Assembly (NCBI RefSeq): GCF_000002075.1
Contig: NW_004797603.1
Coordinates: 232,250 to 296,249, forward strand
DNA length: 64,000 nt
Direction: 5' to 3'
From: Aplysia californica
Lineage: Eukaryota
Shown: positions 12,453 to 25,241 of the stretch, in pieces
Layout: each line of letters starts with the position of its first letter
Numbering within the stretch: position 1 is the stretch's first letter
Made by a program: the position numbers and the translations under genes
Notes under the pieces: generated by a model
The model's database searches: none
Seen by the model: the letters and a program-made list of their open reading frames with translations, nothing else
Told to the model about the DNA's origin: nothing

Positions 12453-13307
12453 ACAATGAAAGATCACAGAGGTTGTTTTTTTAACAGATCGATGTGCATG
12501 CAAGCAATGCTGAAGGAAACCGGCGTTTGTGGTGAAGAGGTTAGGCACTTCGCTGTCGCATGCAGGAGACCCGATTTTGATTCCAGACAGGAGATTAAAA
12601 TGTTTTGCGAGTACCTCAGTTTTTCTGCTGGGATGTTGAACCCCTCTTAGCCCGTGTTGACCGTAACAGGCAGGGTTGGAAGCCCGCCCCCTAAATGATC
12701 TATACTGAGTCGATGGGGGCGTGTAAACATGTACAATAACATGTTTGTTAAAGGAATGACATGCAATCACAAATTACTTACGCCCAAACTTCCCATCTGT
12801 GTTCCTGGTATATATGGGTTATAGTAAAAGTACCGGTACAGGCTCTTTCCCTTGAACATCCCCTCCCCCCCCCCCCCCCAAACAAAAACCCCCAACAACA
12901 AACAACAGAAACACACAAAACAATGGTTCGAGTCTCATCTAGAAAGAACATTTATCGCAGAATGGCATCGACAAGGGGGGTAACGGGGGGTAACCCACCC
13001 AAAAAAACACCCAAACACCAACGCCATCCCCCAACCACTAAAAATAAACCTGCCATAGTCATAACATTTTAAAGAAGAAAACCAGGCACAAAGGCGTTTC
13101 AAGTTTTCAAGTTAGTGGGGACAAGTCAACGTCCACTTTTCAAGCCCCAATACTCAACAATGTTCTATAACGTGTTGGAGTTAGAGACTGGTTATATCAC
13201 GCTGCATTTCCATTACAGGTTTTATTGATGGCTACGTGTATGGGTTATCTATTTCTACCTACACATCGTCTGTGGCCTGTCCTGTGGGTGTGGTGAGTCA
13301 GTCTCAG

Positions 13308-13375
<68 letters not shown>

Positions 13376-14934
13376 ATTTCGAGGTAAAAGAAGGAGGAGT
13401 TCCAATCTTATCGCACCTTTTCATTTTTCCCCAGCTTATCCTTTCAATTTGTTTAAAATAACAACCACTCGACTTGTTTTTTCACAAACTTTCAATGTGC
13501 TTTATTGCAATAATTCAATTTGACTTCACAATGTTCTTTCTGTTTCCTTTATTACAATCAATCAATTTACTTTATCACCATCGTTCAATTTGGCTTTATC
13601 ATATCCTTTCAATTTGCTTTAATATAATCATTCAATTTACTTTATCACCGTCATTCAATTTGATTTTATCATATCCTTTCTGTCTGCTTCATTACAGTCA
13701 TTCAATTGACTTTATCATTATACCATTTCAGTTTGCTTCATTACAGTCATTCAAATAAAAATTAAAAAAACCCTGTCTTTTCATTCTGTCTCCACTTTCA
13801 GGGTTCTTTGACCATGGAGGTACCAGGCATCCCGTGAATCTTCAGGCTGGCTCTGCGCGCCTCCCCCTTTGTCCACGACCTTCACCCTGAGAACACCTCA
13901 CTCCCTCTCTTCTCCTTCTCCCCCTCCCTCTCTTCCTCCCTCTCCCCTCCCACATACTCCTCCCCTCTCCTCTCCCCTCCCCTCTCTCTCCCCCTCTCCT
14001 CCTCCCCCCTCTCTCTCTCTCCCGTCTGTTCGTCTACCACCGGAGACCGGCGATGTGGCAGGACGATGCTCCCTGAGTGCCACACACATTGTCTGGGACA
14101 ACATCTGGTGTAGACATCGTCATTTGCTGCTCTTCTCGCTCCGCACACCCGGGCGCCCAAGGAGCTGAAGGCAGATTTCGTAACAACTGTCGCTGCAACA
14201 ACTGCAACTTCAAATCCAGAGAGAAAGAGGATTAAACAACAACAACAACAGCAACAACAAAACAGCAGCTGCAATAACAGCAGCAACAAATTCAAATCCA
14301 AAAAGAGAAAATAGGATTTAAAAAACCCTAAAAACCAAAACAGCTGCAATAACATCAGCAACAGCAAGAACAGCAACAGCAACAGCAGCAAAACAGTTTG
14401 GAAATGTTTCTTTCTGCCTAAGTGTTTTTTTTGGTGTTTTTTTTGTTTTGTTTTTTCCTCGTTGTCGACGTCTGTAAGGAAGCAAAAGTTCAGTCCTTTT
14501 ATTTTCTTTGTTCAAAAACATTTTTGTTGAGGTTTTTGTTGTGGTTTTCAGANNNNNNNNNNNNNNNNNNNNNNNNNNNNNNNNNNNNNNNNNNNNNNNN
14601 NNNNNNNNNNNNNNNNNNNNNNNNNNNNNNNNNNNNNNNNNNNNNNNNNNNNNNNNNNNNNNNNNNNNNNNNNNNNNNNNNNNNNNNNNNNNNNNNNNNN
14701 NNNNNNNNNNNNNNNNNNNNNATTACATACAAACATACAAACAAACAAACAAACAAATAACACTCACTCACAAACAAACAAACAAGCCAACACCCCCTTC
14801 CCCTAAAAACCCCCCAAACAAAACAAAACAAAAACACACCCCAAACAAACACTAAAAACAAAAGAACGAACTAACAAAAGGCAAAAACAAAACAGCTACA
14901 ACAAACAAACAAAACCAAAAACCGAACGACCAAG

Positions 14935-15282
14935 ATGCCGGGCAAGGAGAAGGACGACAAGCCCCCGCCCGCCATGGGCCCGGGCTCCAAGATCAAAGGT
15001 CTCATCGACGCGCTCCGCAAGCACCTGATCGTGACGGAGGACAAGAAGAAGCGCCAGCTGCTCATCGACTTCACCTCGGTGGGCTTCAAGACGCTGCCCG
15101 TGGAGATCCCGAAGAACGAGGAAGTGTGCGACCTGGCCACGCGCTTCCTGCTGCAGTTCAACAAGCTGAAGAAGCTGCCCGGGAACATCTCCGAGCTCAG
15201 GTTCCTGCGCTACGTAGACATGCGCAGCAACCAGATGTCCTCCATCCCGGCCTCTTTCTTCAAGATCGAGACCCTGGAGTAT
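14935..15282 (+). CDS. Leucine-rich-repeat protein, first coding exon (partial gene)
   Basis: GC3-rich exon in AT-rich surroundings, good Kozak context (aagATGc), LRR units FLLQFNKLKKLPGNISELRFLRYVDMRSNQMSSIPASFFKIETLEY, phase-0 donor TAT|gtaagt at 15283. No downstream exons found in the window. Confidence 0.8.
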
Positions 15283-15980
15283 GTAAGTGATGGGGTTTTT
15301 CTTTCTTTCTTCTTGTTTTTTTTGGTTTGTTGTTGGTGTTGTTGTTTTGGGTGAGAGATGGTGATATTATGTACGAGGTTGGGCTTTTGTTTGTTTTTGT
15401 AGCTGTATTTTGTTGATTTTGAGACAGATGTTGATATGTAAGTGGGGTTTATCTATTTTGTTGTTGTTGTTGTTGTTTTTGTGAGATGCTGGAGTATATA
15501 AGTGGTTTTTTTTGTGTTGTTGTGGTTGTTTTTTCGGTGAGAGATGGTGATATTTAAGTGGCTTTTTTGGTTTTTTTTTGTAGTTGTTTGTTTTTCTTAT
15601 GGTTAGAGATGGTGATATGTAAGTGGATTTTTGTTTTGTTGTAGTTGTTTTTGTTTTTTAAAATGAGAGATGGAGATATTATTATGTAAGTGGTTTTTTT
15701 TGGAGAGATCTTGATGTGTATGTGGGTATTGTTTTTTTTAATTTAAAAAAAAATTTCTTTACTAAACGCTGGAATAATGTGCAAGTGGTTTTGTTTTGTG
15801 AAAGGCTGGCATATGTCATTGTTTGTTTTTAGCTTTTTTAAATGAAAGGTTGGAATTTTTAAGTGGTTTTGTTTTTATTTTTGTGTGTGTGAAAGGTTGG
15901 AATATGTACGTGAGTTTGTTTTGTGATAGATGTGATACGTACGTGGGTATTGTTTTTAAATTGTGGTTGTTTTTTGAACG
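15283..15980. repeat. Degenerate ~60-bp array derived from the LRR exon/donor junction
   Basis: Units gagatg(c/g)tg(g)a(g/t)at(g/a)taagtgg resemble the true junction gagaccctggagtat|gtaagtga. Confidence 0.7.
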
Positions 15981-16285
15981 CTGAAATAGCATGTACGTGT
16001 TTTTGTTTTTTTCGAAAGACAATGATGTGTAAATGGGTATGTGGGCGCTGTTTTTTTTTCTTTCTCACCCCTCTCCCCCTCTCCTTTTCCTACACTATTC
16101 AATCCTAACTACCTTCATCTTATACGCCAATGTGCTGCTTCCCCCCTTTATGTTGTATCTACGATATCTCCCCCCCCCCNNNNNNNNNNNNNNNNNNNNN
16201 NNNNNNNNNNNNNNNNNNNNNNNNNNNNNNNNNNNNNNNNNNNNNNNNNNNNNNNNNNNNNNNNNNNNNNNNNNNNNNNGGTTGG

Positions 16286-16321
<36 letters not shown>

Positions 16322-17023
16322 GTTTTGGTCAAACCACTTGAGGGGGTTAAGTGAATGTAAATGAAACTTGCTGGGTTCAGTTGGCCAACTTCCAACAAGG
16401 CTTAGATTTTAAAGTAAGAACCACAGCCACATAGTCAAACACTCCAGTGCTATCCAACACATACAAAGTGACCACCTGATGGGTTGTTTTTAGTTGCTTA
16501 AAAAAAAAAAAGAAAGAAAAAAAAAATGTTCCTAAATGATAGTAAATGCTCTGCAACACACTTGCGCACAGTTATTTGTCCATCGTCTCCTTTAACAGAA
16601 CTTTTCAAGACANNNNNNNNNNNNNNNNNNNNNNNNNNNNNNNNNNNNNNNNNNNNNNNNNNNNNNNNNNNNNNNNNNNNNNNNNNNNNNNNNNNNNNNN
16701 NNNNNNNNNNNNNNNNNNNNNNNNNNNNNNNNNNNNNNNNNNNNNNNNNCACACACACATACATACTCACTCACACACATACACAAACCACACACACATA
16801 ATCTTGTTGTGAGAAAACAAAAATGAAAGTCAACAAAATCAATTCAAAAGAAAAAAAAACATTTTATTATCTGGTGTAAACAGCAAAACTACTGAAAAAA
16901 TATATGATTTTATTCTAATAATAGTACATTAGGGGAAAACAAGAACCCCATGCAATCATTTGATATGCTTGATATAGTAACAACTTGTCATGATTTTATT
17001 ATTTTTTTTTTTTAAACTCTTTT

Positions 17024-17201
17024 AGTTTTAGTAGGAGTTTTAAGGCACTTGCAACACAAAAAGGTCATACAAGTGTCAAAGAATAGAGGTGATACAAGAG
17101 GGTAACAAACACAAAAAAGAAGGAGAGGAGATAGAGACGAAATATATTATTTTTTATAAGAAAGAAGGAGCAAACCACACCAGAGCACCCGCCAACCACC
17201 C
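17024..17201 (-). mobile_element. Family A retro-element
   Basis: Reverse complement of the consensus, with tail ttttagttttagt. Confidence 0.8.
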
Positions 17202-17231
17202 ACAAAACAACTCTGAACATGAAAGGAAAAA

Positions 17232-17655
17232 TGTGAGGCAGCGTGGTGGAATAAGGCTCTCGTCAATTTTTGGGCATGTAGAGTTATTGATATCATCTTA
17301 CAGCTTGTTCAATTGTCTTTATTTTGATGAAAAAAATATCCATTTATCTTGAATACAAGTCGAGATATTTGCAAAAGAAGGAGGTGGAGGTCACATGTTT
17401 TCAGAGGTAAAACTGCCGCCAAAGATTAGTTATTTCCTTAGCTTAAGAGTCCGTGGCAACTGAAAATTTACATTTTTGTGCCTTTAATCAACATTTTTCA
17501 GAAAAATTTCCACCTAAATGAGTTCTTTAATAGGCATGAAAGGTGTTGAGCCAAAAAACAAAAATTTGATAAAAATCCATAAACTTGCGGAAAAATGCAA
17601 GTTTCTTCTCGTTGATTATTTTGACCTGAGCCTGATTCCACCACGCTGCCTCACA
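17232..17655. mobile_element. ~420-bp TIR MITE (family B), best-preserved copy
   Basis: 21-bp perfect TIR TGTGAGGCAGCGTGGTGGAAT / ATTCCACCACGCTGCCTCACA; internal sequence shared with other copies. Confidence 0.85.
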
Positions 17656-17788
17656 AATAATAAAGGCAAAACAGGTTTAGTGCAGGCAAAACAAGAGCCA
17701 TGAACTGTATGGAGCATGTTGAAGTAGTGCGCAGAAACATGACGTGTGTCCTGGTGTAGCGTGTATTACATGTATGTATAGACTCTAG

Positions 17789-18073
17789 TGTCCCTGTGGT
17801 TTTATGAACAAAAATTTTTTTAAATTCTGAAATTATGCAAACAGAGCCCAAAAATGTGAAATTACTCGATTCTGTTAATTTTAACAAAGAATGATAAAGG
17901 ATAGTTTTAGTAGAGGTTTTACGGCGCTCGATCGCAACTGCATAAGGTCATACGAGCGCCAGAAGATTAGAGGTGTTACAAGAGAGTAACAAACATAAAC
18001 GAAAATAATAAGAAACTATGCAAAAAGCGATGAAATTGTGCAAAATTATGTGGGGTGTATAAAACCTGCGGGA
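17789..18073. mobile_element. ~190-bp MITE (GTCCC..GGGAC ends) interrupted by a copy of the 170-bp retro-element
   Basis: Ends gtccctgtggtttt / aaaacctgcgggac. Uninterrupted relatives lie at about 49791-49978 and 52350-52527. The insert spans about 17903-18001. Confidence 0.65.
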
Positions 18074-18131
18074 CAAAATAGTATCCCTCGGTCACTGGAG
18101 TAGTGTGTATTCTCTTGAGGTCAGTGCAAGA

Positions 18132-21100
18132 TCAGCCTGTCCGAGGAACATCGACGGTCACTCCTGCCTCATTGACAAACACGCGGACTCTGTCTGGTCG
18201 GTAGTCCATGGTCACAGGCGAGTTTTCTGGCACTTTTAGTATCTGAAAATGATAACAAACAAACAAAAGTTGAGATCCAATTTAAAACAAAAAATTGCAG
18301 AGTTGTTCATAGAGGCCAGACTGACACAAATTGCGTTTACAGTACATATGTATTTAGCGTCTTCGTGGACACACTGCGGCGTCGATGGTTTAGTGGTTAG
18401 GCCCTTGGACTCTCAATGGTAAGGCCATGGGTTCGAATACTGTCAGACTCCCGACGATGTGGTGACAAAATGTTGGAATCCTTTCTAACTATTCTTTTTT
18501 ATTTTTAGAACATCCAACATACTGTACTGTTTGACAGAGTATTTTTTTTAAATAATTACAAGACGACTTAATTAGAGCAATCATTACAGATAGACAGACA
18601 CATAGACAGGCTGACAGGCAGACAAGGAGGCAGGCATGCAAACAAACATACACAGACATGTACATAACTGACATACAGATAGCAGACAGGCACGAATGAC
18701 AGACAGACAGACAGACATGAGTGCGCTCATAACAGACAAAACAGACATGAATGCATGCATAACAGACAGACAGACAGACCGACAGACAGACAGACTGACA
18801 TAGAGGCAGGCAGGCAGACACTGACATACATACATGTACATGCATGCATACATACAATATCATACATACACCCACACATGCACACATTCACTCATGAAAG
18901 CATGCACAAACACACCCACACACTCATAATAAACACTCACACAAACACACACAGACATATATACACACACATACAGTACAGACATGCACACACAGAGACA
19001 TACACACACACACACACACATATTATTTTATACATTCTATACATGTAATTACATACACACATGCATCATAGTCAAGGGCAAAACAAACAAAACATACAAA
19101 TTCAAAGAATAAGAAGAACGATCATTCTTGGCAAACCTGTGAAAAGCATTTGTGAGCCATTGAACTACCACTCCACAACTCCTTCATAGTCACCTTATCA
19201 TCATCATCAATATATCACCAATCAATAAATAAAGTATACTTCTTATGCAGTTGCAAGCCACGTTAAACACTTAACTAAAAAAAAAAAGTATACTTAAAAT
19301 GTTCAGGCCAAATGTTAAATGTAAGTAAAATATGCAAGTGGATTTCACCTTTGGCCTGAATTCATTTTGAAATACATATATATTTGTAATTCAACAGTCT
19401 GTACTGAGCACAAAATTTAAGTGATTGTAGAAGCTTAAATTTGCACCTCCATTGACACAATTTTACGTTATTTAGGGGGCTGGCCCGCTAGGCTGTTTCA
19501 ACCCTACTTGTCATGATTCTCATGATACCAACCTTGGCCGAAAGGGATACAGTTACAATGTATCCCATCAAGCAAAAGGAGATGGGCCTACTCGATTAAA
19601 AACAAACTTCGAGCTCCCCACTTGGGAACTGAACTCTTCTAGGCGACATGAAAAGCGGCCAAACACTACACCACTGATGCTGGAGTGGTGCAAAAATTTT
19701 CCGACTTTTTTTTTTACCACAGCGTCAAATATCGCAAATGTCTGTAGGCTTGAAAGTATCATCACAGCAATATTTGCGGAAAAAAAATGATTCAATTGGG
19801 CATGTCTCCCATGCTCAAATGAACAACTCATGCAGGTAACAAAATTTTTATTTCAAGTTATTTTCCAAAGCATAACAACAATAAATGCAAAAATGTCCTA
19901 GACGGCACTCAGTACCTAGTGTAGATCAGGACTGTTTTCAAGATACAACATGTCATATGTATTATATAATTTATTTATAATATTCAGAAAATAAGTAGCT
20001 TAAGCTACNNNNNNNNNNNNNNNNNNNNNNNNNNNNNNNNNNNNNNNNNNNNNNNNNNNNNNNNNNNNNNNNNNNNNNNNNNNNNNNNNNNNNNNNNNNN
20101 NNNNNNNNNNNNNNNNNNNNNNNNNNNNNNNNNNNNNNNNNNNNNNNNNNNNNNNNNNNNNNGGCCACCCATTGTCAAGGAGAAAAGTGGCCGTATAAGA
20201 CAGGAGGCCGTCTTAGGCAGGACTGATCAAGATAAAGAAAACAAACCATTCCCATCTGAGGCCCCAATTGAAAGTAGCCCCATTGTTGTTGTCTCTGTTG
20301 GTGTTGTTGGTTTGTATTTCGTTAGTAATTTTTATTTTGTCGCTGATTTTGCACAAGGGTGACAATAAAATGAAATGTATCAGACAAGGAAGACCCAGTG
20401 CCATGTTAAAACAAACACATGGTTCGCCACCACTCGGAGAACGACGGACGCTTCTGTAACAAGTTCATGTTGACGTCCTTTGTTCCTTTGTTACAGACTG
20501 GGTAAACAGTGACCACTCATCTCACTTACGATTTGTGTATGAGTTCTGGGCGGGGTTTATGGGTCATGAGGAATCACACGCTTACCTCACCAGCAGCTGA
20601 AAATTGGTAGCTATTGGTCAACAGTGGGAGGGGCCTACGCAACATGATCGGTTGGAAGGACTACCTAACAAGAACGACAGGTGATTGAATTATGACAGCT
20701 CGCCCACAACGCCAGAGGCCAATGCACAATTTATGAAAAAACGTAATGGAGTCACTAAGGTGACCGTCTAAGACAGGTATTATTGCTTAGTATGATAGGT
20801 GTTGTGTGTTAAATTATGGTGGCCGCGGCCGCGTTCGACAGGTGCCCGTTTTGCACAGTTAAATTATATAGAAAAAACGCAAGGGGGGAAATGGAAAATG
20901 GCCGTTTGTACAGGTGGCCGTCAGGGCAGGTTCGACTGTGTGTATATATATATACTTATATATATATATAGGCCCTATCTATGCGTTACCTGCTTAACAA
21001 ATGGGTTATCCGTCTTGATCATTTCCTCAGCTTCTTCAAAGGTCTGTGAAAACATAATGAATTATTTTTAATACACTTAGGCTAGTCGTTTGTAAAATAG

Positions 21101-21484
21101 TATTGACCAACTGGTACAACATGCTCACTAAGGCTACTATATAATGATTCAAATTATATAGACTTATTATACATTACAGTCCACAGTATAAAAATACAGG
21201 CCCTGTATGGATCTGAACCCCCCCACCCCATAATGTAAAATATTTCAAATGTAATAAACATGATAGTAATTAGGCAACCTGAGAGACGTGTATTTTAGGA
21301 ATGACATTCATATAGCACCAATATAATAAGGGTGAGTTAAAAACATTTTTGTAAATTTGTTAGATGTAATTCCCATCCAATCTGAGCAAAGTTCAATCAA
21401 CAATATGAGTTCGGAGCAAATTATATAAAAACATTATATATTCCTCTACATAGGTACAGGTACTTTTATGTTTACTTTATTTAG

Positions 21485-21532
<48 letters not shown>

Positions 21533-21970
21533 ACTGGACCCCCGGCCTCCCCCCAAAAAAAACAACCAACCAACCAAACCCCACAAAACCCCCCCCAAAT
21601 CCCTACGAAATGATGAGAAATACAAAATGTAGGCCTTAATTATGTATAAAAATAAATAAGCCTACATATTACAATATTATGACATCAATATCATGTATAG
21701 GGGCATGTAAAACAACACAATTACAAAAAAAAGCATTGATTGATCTAAGAAAGAAAAAAAAATGTCATCTGCTATACTAAAACCAATTAAACCTGCACAA
21801 CGACAACGTCCCTTGCCTGTATTTAGTGGAAATTTACATAAAGCAATACTGTACAGCACGGCTGCTTCACAAAATAGCGTTGATGAATGGACAGTTCAGA
21901 GGCTTACTTTTCCCACTGCTTCTGGCCAGCTTGTTTTCGGCTGCTGTTGTTGCTGATCTTGATCTGACAT
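18132..21970 (-). CDS. Potato inhibitor I / eglin-c / CI-2 family (MEROPS I13) serine protease inhibitor, 75 aa, 3 exons
   Basis: Exons 21970-21908 (MSDQDQQQQQPKTSWPEAVGK), 21043-20990 (TFEEAEEMIKTDNPFVKQ), 18242-18132 (ILKVPENSPVTMDYRPDRVRVFVNEAGVTVDVPRTG*). Both introns are GT-AG and phase 0. Family motifs WPExVG and VTMDYRxDRVRVFV are present. Confidence 0.93.
18376..18460 (+). mobile_element. tRNA-derived SINE head
   Basis: tggtttagtggttagg A box and gggttcgaatac B box; no clean cloverleaf. Confidence 0.6.
20163..20940. mobile_element. Tc1/pogo-like non-autonomous element (left end in gap) in inhibitor intron 2
   Basis: Subterminal repeats agacaggaggccgtcttaggcagg and caggtggccgtcagggcaggttcgactgt, shared with 60906-61313 and 62485-62644. 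Confidence 0.5.
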
Positions 21971-22079
21971 TTTTTGACTGGTTGAAGTTGAAGACACACT
22001 CAACAAACTCCTCAAACAGGAAGAAAGGCAGTTTAATTTCAGCAGATATACTACGTCTCAAGCTCCAAGACGTCTAGCC

Positions 22080-22566
22080 GACACAAGAAACAGAGCGCAA
22101 CTGATCGGCGTTATTTTTACAGTGAGTGTGCTTTGGTACTGGTAGCCAATCCCGCCGTGTGTGAAACGGGGGACAGGCTGAACGGACACGCCCATTTTCC
22201 CTAGGCATTGGGTCAAATAGGCCTCATGAGTTCATTTTTTGTATTTTTTGTCCCTGGAAACAACAGTTTCCCAGTCTTTTCTTAATCAACATGATAGAAA
22301 GCAGCCAAAAGTAGTAGACTTTTGTTGGTAATATTTTTAGGAAGTGATTTCTGTTTGTACTCATTAAATAAAAAAGTAAAAGCGTCGATATTTACTTAGC
22401 ATCAATGCCCGATTGATTGTTTTTACTTTTTGTTGCTTTCGTTTAGTCTACATGGTTTGTGTTTTGCATGGTTGTATCACGTGATTACTGATCAGAATGG
22501 AAGGGGGATAACTTGAACGAATGCGTGTCATCATGTATGTTGTCATGGCTCAGATTTAGCCGACTG
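22080..22566. promoter_or_regulatory. Putative bidirectional promoter (inhibitor on -, TMEM165 on +) and TMEM165 first exon
   Basis: Inhibitor ATG at 21970 (-) and a strong donor ctg|gtaagt at 22567 (+) are about 600 bp apart. CCAAT near 22147, palindromic E-box ATCACGTGAT 22476-22485. Strand composition flips from A-rich to T-rich here. Confidence 0.55.
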
Positions 22567-22804
22567 GTAAGTGTCTGATATCAATCAATCATATTGTCTC
22601 ACTTGTTTTTTGCTTCTTCTAACAAGACCCAAATTACAAACCCCGATACATAGATCTAGTATTGCAACTGGCTAGATCTACCTTACATATGGATATACAA
22701 TTTAGTCGTGTGTCTGACTAATGTTGACTTCTTGTGAGTCGTTTTTTTTAGTGGCTCCCTTCTTACTCTAAGATATTTTAGTGTAAAAAAGTAGAACTTA
22801 AGTT

Positions 22805-22870
22805 GTAGATCTAGATCTAGATCTAGAATCTAGATCTAGATCTAGATCTAGGCCATTCTAGATCTAGTCT
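22805..22870. repeat. (TAGATC)n palindromic hexamer array in TMEM165 intron 1
   Basis: tagatctagatctagatctagaatctagatctagatctagatctag; single copies nearby at about 22650 and 22672. Confidence 0.85.
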
Positions 22871-24389
22871 TGTAGGATTGATTCAGAGATTGTTGACATG
22901 GATACGGTCGAACCTGTGTGAGACAAAATTGCAAAAGGGGACCAGAAAAAGAATTCAATCTTAGACCACCGGGCGGGAGATTTAGGTGGGATGGACTGAG
23001 TTGAATTTCAGAGGCCCAGCCGGTGGGATCAAGGCCAAGGGTCGCTTGTCAGGTCGGCAAGCAGAGTGGTCAAAACTTCACACTCTCTCAAGAAGTGATC
23101 CTCAATAATTGCATGTTGTCAGTCTTTTTTATCCATTGACCACTGACCAGTGTTTGCATTTCATATTTAAACCACTGTTTAACCTATCCTATTTAACCTC
23201 CTGCGTCTGTGCTGAGATGCGAATCTTGTGTTACCTATTACGTTGGACATTCTGGGTGGGCCGCCGGGGTCACTCAGCGTGTACTGCTGGTTTACAGCGT
23301 GCGGGCCTGGAAACATTTGTTTTTGCCATGAATACCGTGCCGTAAGGGTGTGTAAAAATCAACATAAATGAAAATCGCTCTATCTTTTTTATAGGCCTAA
23401 ATAGCTTTGAACTATTTATAAAGTGTTACGAACACACATGAGAATTTACCCCTTCTCTTTAAGCTGATAAAAGACATTGTAGAGTAGTTACGCCCATTCG
23501 AATAAAACCTTTTTAGAGGCTCTTGTTGTTATGAAAATGATCTGGGGTTCGAAAGGGGAATAGATCAATTTCCGATTGTTTTGCTCACACCTTATTCAAA
23601 ACTATCAAACAAGCTTATTTTTTAATCAGGTAGTATTATTTCATACAAAATCAAGCTCATTTGAAAGATTTTGTACAAAAAAATGGAAGTCTTGTTTCCT
23701 GACTATCCTTTTGAGCTCCTCATGTCTAAGTGGGTCAATTTGTTCTAATTTCATTCCGACGAACATCTAGGGAGCCTACCAACTTGGCATGTTTTGAATG
23801 AGACGCATGCCTCGGTTACGAACCAACGCAGGCGGTTCTAAAAGTAGGCCACAAACACACACAAACTCAAGCAGACTGACGCACACACTTGGGCTGCATG
23901 AATGCAGGACCCGAACGAAACGGGAATGATGCTCAGCGCACGTGCGCTGAGGTGCGCTGAGCCAGGGGCCGGACTGACATGGGAACAGAATGAAGGCGAG
24001 ATGCCGAAATAGGCTTATCGGGTGACATAACCGGCCCCCGCAGGACCAGGGTTGAAAAAGAAGTGATTGAACACATCTCCTTTACTTTCATTTTCACCCC
24101 CCATTGCCCCACCCATTGGCATTATAATCTTGCAGTCAACCAATCTTTCCAACCAATGCCGATGCCACCCCCTCCCATGCCCATGGTAATGATTTGAGGA
24201 ACTCTTTTCGTGGCTGGCCGTGCAATGATCAGGGTGGCTGGCATTGGTCAAACTAATTTGACACCTCTGGCTTCTGTCTCCATGTAAATATGAAAGTTTC
24301 ATGCTGGAGTGCCACTTGAGCTCTTTCACAAACCCTGTCACTGACCAGTGAAGATTTCATACCCACACCACACTGACCATCTGCTCCGC

Positions 24390-25241
24390 TTAAGGTCTCA
24401 CACGGATAGGGTTACATCATGTCTAAACCCAAATTGCACCACTGCTGCCTTTCCTAGCCTGGCCTCATGGTGTAAAGCTTTGAGCCGATGGAACCAAGCT
24501 TAATAGTTTTGTTTCAAGTCAGGGCTGAGTGGGCAAGGCATTTTTCGCCTTAGGCTAGTGACACGGACAGGGACATTCAGTTGCTGTCACAGCAACACAT
24601 CAAAAAGCGTGCACGCCAAAATCGCTCATGATTTCTTTTAAAACACACCAACCCGGCTATGTTGAACACGGACAGGCACAGACAGCAACAGCCAGCGACA
24701 GTCAGGAAAATTCGAAAAGTGCGTGCACTACTTCTCCTGTCTGTCTGTTTCAAGGGAGTTAAATAAAGATACGATCACAATGATTGTTCTTGTCAAGGTG
24801 GAGGATTTTGAAGAGAAACTGATCATTGCGGTGCAAGAAAGGCCAGCAATTTATGGGAATGAAAATGGGTGTCTGGAAATTTGTTGCCATCTTTGTCAAA
24901 TCTTCCTCACACAGGTCTAGAAGATTTCTGAATGTTGAAGGCTGCATTCGAAAATATTCAATTAATTTTTCCTCATCTTTCAGAAGCTGTGGGAGGAGAC
25001 GGTGATATTCACCTTAATAGGATGAACTGCATATCTTCGATGAGAAATTCGTGAACGTCTTTATTTCCTTCGTAACCACAATAATAATAAGTGTCCTCTT
25101 CTTTGTCAGCGCCATGATAGACAATGTTTCTGTCTCTGGCTGCCTGTTTGAATGTGACCACATTTCCCTGTGCCTGTCCGTCCCTGTGCGACAGCAAGTA
25201 GCTGTCCCTTTCTGTCCATATCACCGTGTTCGTACCCTTTG
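24390..25241. mobile_element. Possible PIF/Harbinger-derived remnant with a MADF/Myb-like fragment
   Basis: Repeated ACACGG / CCGTGT motifs at both ends in inverted orientation; internal peptide EEKLIIAVQERPAIY resembles the start of a MADF domain. Confidence 0.35.

Noticed and set aside
18376-18460. Possible tRNA gene (also 31336-31410)
   Set aside because: A and B boxes are present, but there is no clean acceptor stem or cloverleaf, and the flanks match a dispersed SINE family.
21867-22061. 64-aa minus-strand ORF MRRSISAEIK..
   Set aside because: Wrong frame. The real exon here is 21970-21908, encoding WPEAVGK.
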